NCBI GenBank assembly: GCA_964016885.1
Contig: OZ024743.1
Coordinates: 156,178,001-156,242,000 of the forward strand
Reading direction: 5' to 3'
Origin: Eledone cirrhosa
Taxonomy: Eukaryota
DNA: 64,000 bases
Under the pieces are notes generated by a model that did not search any database, was not told the DNA's origin, and worked only from the letters and a program-made list of their open reading frames with translations. Below are positions 53,898-64,000 of the stretch, in pieces; position 1 is the stretch's first letter, and the number at the start of each line of letters is the position of its first letter. The position numbers and the translations under genes were made by a program.

Positions 53898-53942
53898 ATA
53901 GCGAACGATCGTTTCTCACTGTTTAGTGGTTATCAAGTCTAT
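53898..53942 (-). ncRNA. HHR with U3-A8 core, second family (inverted paralog at 54239-54283, plus strand)
   Basis: ATAGAC TTGATAA CCACT-AAAC-AGTGA GAAA CGATCG TT CGCTAT; paralog ATAGCC TTGATAC..GAAA TGATCA TT AGTTAT. Confidence 0.65.
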
Positions 53943-54429
53943 ATATCCCTTGTTTTTGCTGTGAACTGTAGCAGCTGGAATCTTGTAGAATCACAATTAC
54001 GTTTATGAGCTGTTTAAACTCATTGACATACAGAGCGGTTGCCGGCCCAGCAATAATTAGAAATTTGTGTTGGTGCTTTGAAATAGCGATGAATATATGA
54101 ATGTAGATCTTGTATATTTAATAATATACTGTATGTTTATTTAACATTAAATCCAAGCAAAAGGCCGTCAACATGTTAACATAATTGGAATTCTATAAGA
54201 ACCCAGCTTCTATAGCTCACAGCAAACACAAGGGATATATAGCCTTGATACCTACTAAAACGTGAGAAATGATCATTAGTTATTTCCCATTGTTTTTGCT
54301 GAGGCCTTCAAAATGTTTTTTTTTAATAGACACACAGTATATTGTTAAATATACAATACGTACGTTTCTAATTGTTGCTGGCCGGCTCAGTTATTGATGT
54401 CATTCAACCAAAGCATTTGCCCACATTTA

Positions 54430-57400
54430 CATCAAACGGCAACTCGCAGCTAATCACGACGTATCCAAGAGTACCTGCTGCTCCCAGTAGGCATGCCTTC
54501 AGAAATGTTCCTAGGGCTATAGGTATTCAGCCAGTGATAGATACTCTTGGAGACACTACCTGGTGTTCCTATTATAGTAGGGAGGACCTTGGTCTCATGG
54601 TAGTCCGAAATCCTTTTCATCACCAACATTAAATTCTAGTAGCAAATAATATACTCATTTTGTTGCATTCTTATGTCAATTGGGAAGCTACTTCTACAAT
54701 CAAGCAAGACAGTTTTCTACAATCAAACAAGACAGATTTTCCTTGTAAAAGACCAATTTTCATCTAATTTTTATCTGTTTCTTATCTTGAAATCCTACAA
54801 CAAACTCACCCGATCGTTATTTATCCCCGATTTTCGCTTATGCTCATACCACTTCTGAGTGTGATAAATCATTTAGTTTGCATAAATGCCAGTGGGTCAC
54901 TTTTCCTATGATATCATTAACTACATCCCTGATAATTAGATTGGGCTAGGCGTTTACACTCGGATAAAATGGGAACCATAATGTTTCTCCTCTTTCTCTC
55001 TCTCCACAGATCTTTCGGTGTGCACTAGCCTCACACTAGTGATTATGATGTTTCATCCACTTCCTTCCAAGGAATTACTTGTCTGCAGCCAGTAGCATTC
55101 CATCTGTAGCGTTCTTAAGGTCCGCCTTCTTTAACCAGTTCCATATCTACGAATCTCTGAGTTATGTTTTCTGGAAGAAGACGTTATAAATAGCTATTCA
55201 TTCAGATTATTCTCCCTCTTTGTCGGTACGTTTTTTTTTGTGTTATCTCCTCCTGCAATACAGCCTTTAGCATAGGTTCGTTACTCTCGGGCACATATGT
55301 ATTTAAACTGCTCCTCTCTATCATCAAAACACAGTCCTCCAGCCTGGTAAGACCTATCCCCCCTTCAATTCTCTATAAGTAAAGATCACATTATTTATGA
55401 AACATTCTATGTAGCCATTGATTTACTTGTCTTTCTAACTAGTTGTTCATGCTCGCTTACCTTCCATTTAAGAATTCCAACACAATACTTATAGCATGCT
55501 TGCTATTCAGATGTGATCTTTAATATTTTTTTTCTTACTGTCTTTGTGTATTCTAATCCCATCATCTCCTTTATTCTATTGACTTTGATGTTATCTGCTT
55601 CCGAAATACCCAAATACATATATCTGTTTTCGGTGTCGATCTCTTTCTTGTAGAGTTACACACGGGAGATCAGATATATCCCCTCTGCCGTTCGTGTCTT
55701 GATTCCTTTACTTCTACACAATTGCCCCTCCCCATCACCAGTAGACCACGCGTATTAATACAACATTCCATACACATATCATTATTGAATATGCGAACAG
55801 TATTAACAAGTACATCCAACTACTTGTTCTTCCGGAAAAGTCTTAGGTCTTGCAGAGGATTGATTGTAAGCTCTCTTCTTCCACTCTTCGCATTACGAGG
55901 GACAAGTGTATGAAGGTAAAGAGTGAAACATACTATATTATTGGAAGATACCATCTTGATGTTTGCTCCTCCCAAGAATTTTCACCTCGACGTTACTCAT
56001 GCTATTATTTGATAGCAGTCTGATGTGGGGGCTACCTTGGATATGTCTAGGATCTTGGTTCTCCAAGAATGAGGAAACAAGTCGAATACACACATGTAGT
56101 CTATCCATCCTATGGCAACACAAGTAAGCTTTCTCTTGCAGTTGCCTATTATCATCTCATCAATAACTCACTGGTCTTTGTACCACTGGCCTTCTTTTGG
56201 CATCCTTTTTGTTTCTATCCGAATAAGTTGTTTATGACAAAGTCATTGTAGATTTTCTCATCAATTTCCACATCCAGCACAAACATATGATAGGCCTATA
56301 GCTGGTAATGCCGTTTCCCTTAGCTTAATCTCCCGTTATTAGAACTGTGGTACTTTTTGTCAAACACTGCAGTACTTCACCCGACATCATGTAATCATTG
56401 AACCTGGTTGCCAGTATCAGGTGGATGGACGTTATATTCTTAGTCTTATATCTTTGTACACCATCAAGGTTTTCTATTCCCAGTTGGCTATGTTATTTGT
56501 CTGTTTTGTGGTTTTCAACCGAGATACTTGTGCTTGTTCCTTAATCTCATTATAATGCGGTGGATTGGCAGTATCGGTAGAGTTACGGCCCTTGCCATTC
56601 TGAGTTCAAATCCCGCCGAGTTTAACTTTGCCTTTCATCCTTATGGAGTTGATAAAATAAAGTACCAGTAATACACTGGGTAATTGCTGGCCTTGTGCCA
56701 AACGTAGAAACAATTAATCTCATTATAATACTCAACATCCTGCACCCAAATCCCTCTCCAAAATGTGTTGGTTTCTTCAGTCGCAGGGAAAGCCTAGTTG
56801 ATTACTTCTCTCCCTTCTAGCTGTTCAAATAACATATTTTGTCTGTTAGCAAACATGTGGTTTTCTATACTGGTTAATTCAACTTTCATATTTTTTTTTA
56901 TTTTTGCACTTTTTGTCGATAAGAAGTTACATTACATCATCTAATAAAATATTGTGCCGTTTTGTATCCTTCTCCCTTCATCTTCAGTATCTTCATTTGC
57001 TATGCCCCTTTTAATAAGGACTCGAATTCCCGACGTCCTTTCTTATTTCCTTGATTTGACGATACAACAGGTTCTTTCACGATGGTTCTGTCATTTCACG
57101 CCTCTTTTCGTCTTGATACCAGTAATATTTAATCTCTATTCGTGGTTGCTTTGTGGATGTTATTTCATTGGTAAACATTTCTCACCTCAAGATATTTAAT
57201 GAATTTGTTTACCTTAGCTATCGATTCATTTAACTTTCTTCTGTCTACTAAATATAGATTCATTCGTTTTCCTCTATCATTATTTCATCCACATTACGTT
57301 TCAATGGACAAATCTTTACCCCACATGTAGATTATTCTCTCCTCAATTACTTCAGGTCTTCCAGTCACTTCAATCTCATTTGTTATAGGTTTAATTTATT
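54430..57400 (-). mobile_element. degraded R4/Dong-like (RLE-type) non-LTR retrotransposon
   Basis: minus fragments YMYLGISEAD, GGIGLTRLEDCV, WLKKADLKNATDGMLLAA, LKACLLGAAGTL. Confidence 0.7.
56557..56713 (+). mobile_element. SINE (Deu/Nin-type) with 16-bp TSD, nested in the LINE
   Basis: TTAATCTCATTATAAT at 56541-56556 and 56714-56729; A and B boxes. Confidence 0.9.
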
Positions 57401-59949
57401 TGATTTGCTCCGGTTTTTACAGGCTCATTTGCCTTTATTAATGGTATGACTTTCCAGATAACTTGTCATTGCAATTTTATTCAGCTCCTTCGTTAACTTC
57501 GTTCGTGACTGATTCCTTCTTCTTCCTGCTGTCCGGCAACAGCAATAGTATGATGGCGGCTGGGTTCCCACAGCTAGGTCAATGAATACTTGCTGGGTGA
57601 AAGCCCTTCAAATGAAGTTCCTGTCTCCTTTACACCGTTATTTGAACTATGGAGGTTCGACATTTGATGACGCATAACGTAGATTAGTGAGATCAAGTTT
57701 GCACTGCCTTTAGTATTTTTGCCATGACACCATCACTAGAGTGAGGTAGGTTATACTGCACTGGACATATTAATTATTATCAATATCACCAGTGATGTTT
57801 AGTTATTTTTATCATTACTACCACCATTACTATTATTTTAGCAGTGGTAGTGCTGGTGGTGGTATTTTTAGAAATCTTTCCTATTTCAAATGCTTCTAAG
57901 TTAGTGAGGGTTGGTTCATATGTTAGTATTTTGGGCGTGGGAGTCATTTTGATTGTGTCAGCAAAGATGTTGAAAGGTGTTTGTTTTATGTTCCTGGCTG
58001 ATTATTTCATTTTTACGGGTTAAAGTTCAGCAACATCAGTCTGCAAATATGTAGATGTCTCCTCTTCTTATGGAATTACTGATGCTGCTGTTCAAAGATG
58101 CACTCAGGGTACTACATCTCCACCTTTACCTGGTCAGTGAACAGAAGTGGTCACCGTTTGCTAGAAGCAGTTCTTTTCAGCTTCTCTCATTGTCAGAGCT
58201 ACAGTTTTGGATCAAGCCGACACTAAGTATTAGCGCTTGGTAACTGGAATATCTTCAAATTCTCTCAGCCCTAAGCCAATCCGTCAGTGCGGCTCGGTGG
58301 AAGTTCCACCTTGAATTTCTTTCGAGGTTGACGAAAATCAACAAGCTACTCATTTCCAGAATACTTTACCTCCTGGTTTCATGGATAACTTCCAGAAATT
58401 CTCGGCCTGGCAATGCAGCCCAGATGATATGACAATACAAGAAAAACTCTGCAAACTTGGTAATGACATCAGCCAGGCCTGCTGACGTGTATTGCTGACT
58501 TGCGGATTTAAGTCGAACAACTAATGTCCGAATATAAACTGACACCATTTTGAACGTCACCCCGCTGTCCTGCTCTAGAGTGGAAGGACTTGCAGATTGT
58601 ATCTGTTGTGTTAGGGACACTGTAATGATTTTTCGTTATTCTGTCGACGCGGGGTTTTATTTGTAAAAATAACATTTGGGGGAACAAATATAGAATATAG
58701 AACTTAAATATATGAGCCAAAAGACCAAATATTATGGAGTCTCACTGCTGGATGCCAAAAGCTGATGACAGTTCCTGTGCGGACTATTTAATATATATTT
58801 AAACCACCCTCCAACATAGACCCTACCATTCAATGAATTACTTCAGCTCTTCATAATTTCTACAATAATGCACTGGGTAATTGCTGGCCTTGTGCCAAAA
58901 GTAGAAACAATAATTACTACTATATTTTACAAGTTTTTATAATGCTTACATTTTTTTGTGGCTGTTGAATGTGCATATTCGATAAACAGACGCAAAATAG
59001 GATCAGACATCTATTTAGTATATTCTTCAACTCTTCACTTCACAGAGAAATCCATAATGCTGATATGTTTACATGACTATGAAGTTAATGTGTTAAGTTG
59101 TATAAACATTTTACTATGCACAATCTATATACAAATGTATGTGTATTGCCTTCAGTGACGTCAAATATTTTTCTGTGATATTTTTTTCACACTATATTTC
59201 CTTCTTTTCCATTTTCCTTTTCCCTCTTTGCCATTCTCTAATTTCCTCTCTCACTCACATTCACACAAATATTCTTATTCCTGTGCTTTGTATGTTTGTT
59301 TACAAACACATTATTAACGCATATTTAAGAATTTTGGCTCACAATATCAGTACGTGTTCGATCCTTCTGCGTGACATCTTAATCTATTTCCTCAGGAGGA
59401 TCAAGTCTTAATGACTGAAATTTGTCAGACGGTTTGTAAGCTCGTTGAATTAGCTGCAACACTAATGTATATGCCAATCTTTGCACACGCTGTGTCATGC
59501 TGAATCTCCCCGAGAATTCCCTTCAATGTATATATGTCTATAAAAAGTTCATGTACGTGCAGCATTTTGATTTCACGACCATAAATAAATATACATGTCT
59601 AATCTTACTAACACTACTAATTTACTAACTAAACACACTAACATAAATTTACTATCTAAACACACTAACATGAACTGTACTACACGGCCAACTTATCTAA
59701 TATCAGTACACGCACACACACAAACACAAATGCTACCAAAACTACACACAAAAGCTGACCCTGACACTGATACTTCTAAGTACCTTCCTTCCCTGTCTGT
59801 GTAATCAAACTTTCCTTTCTTACCATCCCAGCATGACTCCGGCAACGTCCTCTAATAGCCTAGCATTGATTCTTATACACCATTCCTGCTACATGCTTGG
59901 ATTCTAGCCCTGTATTATAGAACGTGAAGTTACCGAATGACATACAATC

Positions 59950-60133
<184 letters not shown>

Positions 60134-60718
60134 ACACCACACTCAAACATAAACATACTCACCTGCACAAACTAATAACCGCATAAAATCACCCAAACGC
60201 CCAAACACATACACATGTACACACATGCACGCACAAAAGTACATGAATTATTCACAGACACACACGTACAAGCTCACACACAAATCTTTATGCATACGAA
60301 GACAGATATACACAAATATTCCCAGATACACTCGTGAATATATACACACAAATTCATTGACAAACATACATAAAAAAGCTTCATAAAACTCTCCCTAAAA
60401 CACTGTGATACCCACAGATAAACAACTCAATCAACGATACACAATTGCACGGAGCAGCCCCAACACCTGGACTACCACCCCAGCCATTTCCATCCCGCAC
60501 ACCCAACTACTCGTCCATGCCCTCTACAGCCCTCTTAAATATCGTTCGCAGCCTCAGACTTCTGTTGTTGCAACTATCTTCCTCTTTCTCTCTAAACCCT
60601 CATTTTTGCATCGCTGTGTATTCTCTTGTGTTTCTCTTCTTGAACCACACGCACATACACACACACACACACACAAGCATACATACACACGCACACACTC
60701 TCACATACACACATACAT

Positions 60719-60768
<50 letters not shown>

Positions 60769-60828
60769 GGGGACACTGGAAGGTAATATCCGTAGTGGTT
60801 AAGCACTCAGTCCAAGGGACGAGTTAGG

Positions 60829-60965
60829 TAGAAGTGGTTACACAACATTTAGTTCACCATACCGAGAACAATTGTTTTACATTAGCAGATCTTCAGCTCG
60901 GGATGAAGATCCTCTAAGGTGAAACAATTGTTCTCGGTATGGTGAAGTAATTGTTGTGTAACCAC

Positions 60966-60970
<5 letters not shown>
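60829..60970. mobile_element. foldback of two pLTR-like ends, each with a damaged HHR (60862-60901 minus; 60903-60937 plus)
   Basis: minus CCGAG CTGAAGA..AAAA CAATTG TT CTCGG; plus ATGAAGA TCCT-CTA-AGGT GAAA CAATTG TT CTCGG. Confidence 0.75.
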
Positions 60971-61019
<49 letters not shown>

Positions 61020-64000
61020 TAAATTTCTATTGAAATATACATATGATTTAAACTTTTATATATAAACATGCAAATATATGTTTATTTAAAGTAACGTATA
61101 ATATATACAAAACAGAATATTTATCTTAATGAGAAAATATTTACAAAATATATATCCCACTTAATAAACTATTTTTTTTCATTCATATTTATTTCATTTG
61201 TCTTCATTTATTTTCAAAACTTGTGTAAAATATTAACAAATTTTCCGAAAATTGTAAAAGTTGTTATTTAATATTATTTTCCCAATGGTATTGCAGCAGA
61301 GCTAAGTGGCACCATTGCAGACTGTTGAAATACCATTATAGCTTCAGTTACAACTTAATCAAATCATACATTGTAAGATTTCATGATTTTGTTCATGTTT
61401 TGTTTCCTACACAAACATGTTTCACTGAAAAAAATTGTAATAAAAATATCAGTAAATACTTTCAATATTTATTGCTTTTCATATTCATTTATTTTTTCAT
61501 TCGTTAATGTTCCGTTGTTTGCTGCAGTTATTGTATCGATTTTTGTTACTTTTATTTTATTATTACTGTAGTTAGTATTAATTTTTAATATTATTATTTC
61601 GAATATCATTGAAATTGACTATATCTTTTCATATGTTTGTTTTCGAATATGGTCTAAGATGACGACAATAAAAGATTAAAAAAACAGTTTAAAGAGAAAA
61701 ACATGTCCTGAAGACGTTGCAGATAGCTGGCAATAATAATAACGCTTTAATTAATATCCGAATCATAAGAATATCTTAATTGTTTGCAAATAATTTATAC
61801 TATGATGTTTTGCTTGGTATAAACTGTTGTATATTTCCATCTTTCAATGCTTTATAGTCAAAACGTTTGTTCCCCAATGGATCCACACCACAATGCTAGT
61901 TGGAAAATGTGATCACAAAAGTGGTCTACTAAATAATATAACGTAGAATCGCTTCTTGGCGATAACGTTCTTTCGCTGTCAATCAGTATTGACTAAATAC
62001 ACATATGACTAAAGCCATTCCAACTCATCGTATTCCATATTTAGAGATTGCTACATCATGTTTTACATTATCAAATTTGACCTTCATTTCATATAATTTA
62101 TTGTGATAAGTTCAAAATTGACAGCTATTTCAAGCAGTTACAATTACCATATCAAATACCTTTCATTCTATATACCGTGATAGGGGAGCAACGAGAGCGC
62201 CCATGATACATGCAGCTTCTTAAGGTCTGGCGGAAGGAAATGTATCGTCAGACCATATAACAGACTCGAATATCGTGACTGAAGTTTACAGAACTACTTA
62301 TTTTAATATCATTCAACAACGAAGCCTCATTAGAATCATTCCTCAAATATGCCTCAAATGACCGTGAAGAATAAAGAACAAAGTAGGTTTTCTAACATTT
62401 GGAACGTGTTTGATCCAGAGAGTCCTTCGGCAAACTACACCTCATATGAAAATATGTATTCTTTATATAATATCCAATAATGCATATCTATATTAACATC
62501 TGCTGAAGCCACACAAAGTATAATGTTTAAATATTATTTATTTGTTTTCTTTTTCCTTTTAGTTGTCATATTCACAACAGAATGGTAAATTAGATTTTAT
62601 TGCTAAAATATAATTCATGAAGATGAAGCCTTTTAATTCTTCTAAGGTTGTATCATGATCAATTGTTTCTCAGTAACATTATGGGATAAACTTATATTAA
62701 TCCACTACCGTTAAATGAGAAATTGTTTCAAAAGATTTTCGTTGCCCCGTTAGCAAACCATGTTATGACGTGATTCATGCAGCTATTTTATTCTAATATT
62801 ATTTAGAAATAAGCGACGATTATTATGGATTCACATTTCTCTCTTCAACCCTCGTGCGAGAAAAATAATCCCCTCCAAAATAAAGTTTCAATTCTCTTTC
62901 GGAAATGCATTTACTAGTCTTGGTTATATTTTCAAACAATGTTATTTGTATTATATACTTTTGCATTTTTGCAGAGGTGGGAGTGAACAGAATAACTAGT
63001 TACATTCTGCGGGAACTCTGAAAAATACAAAGAGATTTATTCTGTATTAAACAGTATCACATAAACTAGTAACATGAATTATATTAGATTACAACAATGA
63101 GACTATGAAAAGTATGGATGTCATTATATATCTACCTAATATGAGGAAACAGCTGTTATGTTACATATTCAAACATCATTGATGAATTTATACACAAAAC
63201 GCAAAACCATCCATATTTTGAAAAACAAACTTTGTTGACAGAGTCTGTTGTTCGTTCTCACGTAATAGCATAATTGCATTTAAAGGGTCGGTAATTCAGA
63301 AGCATCATATGTCACTGAACTTTAGATAATCGTTTGCGTGAAATGGTATAATTCTAGAGTTAACAATATGATAATGAATAAATACTTATTTAAAGAAAAG
63401 CATTTCTGGTAATCGTTATTAATTTGAAGTAATTCTTCATGAAATGAGGTTAAAACTCATGGATGACTCATTTGCAATGTGGTTTAAATTCAAAGGTTAT
63501 TATTCTATTCCAGATTATATCAGCCCGAGTACTCCAGTGAATTTGCAGAAAAGTTGGCGTTGCTGAATCTTCATGCCGAGAAATCTCTAGAGTTCGGTAT
63601 GCGCATAAAGGCACAGCACAGTTCTGTCTGCAAATGTTCATTACCAGCGCATTGCCTGGTTGTGGAGACATGTCAAAGAGCTCTCATAACCTTTCCAGTA
63701 TTGCACACCGTGAAACAGACGTTCACCTCTGAAGCCGTAATGTTAACATAGAATAAATGCGTGTAGTCGCTTGCATGAAAAGGATTGTAAGAAGGACATT
63801 ATTCTTACAATTAAGTACAATACTTAATCATATTTCTTTATTGTTTCAAGTATTACATTTAACATGTTCTAATATGCATGTAGAGATTATTTCCAGATAT
63901 TTCAGTCTCTTACACGTCACAAATATGATGTTATTTTCATCGTTGATTTACCCCCAGATACTTGGGTTTCTATATTTTTTTAAATGTCTTCTAATGTGTC

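Noticed and set aside
57950-58840. Possible Gypsy gag remnant
   Set aside because: Only faint similarity; no LTRs or pol seen

Overview
AT-rich animal genomic DNA made almost entirely of repeats. An octopus/cephalopod source is inferred from the SINE families and the extreme (TA)n/(CA)n density, not proven. No intact host gene is supportable, and most listed ORFs are microsatellite artefacts. Decayed mobile elements: four Penelope-like elements (PLEs; RT plus C-terminal GIY-YIG), one RepHel Helitron plus several non-autonomous Helitrons, RTE and R4/Dong-like LINE remnants, and about 10 tRNA-derived SINEs. The main unexplained signal is RNA structure. Reading both strands by hand I find about 30 intact, degenerate or partial type-I hammerhead ribozyme (HHR) motifs in roughly a dozen sequence families. 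Two non-coding tandem-repeat families (monomers about 430-550 nt and 518 nt) carry exactly one HHR per unit and are candidate retrozymes/circRNA-forming elements. They share the (TA)n-embedded, 5'-inverted architecture of the coding PLEs. Two unrelated families use a U3-A8 core (UUGANAA), and almost every family has its own palindromic helix III. Structures were paired by eye; ribozyme activity and expression are untested.
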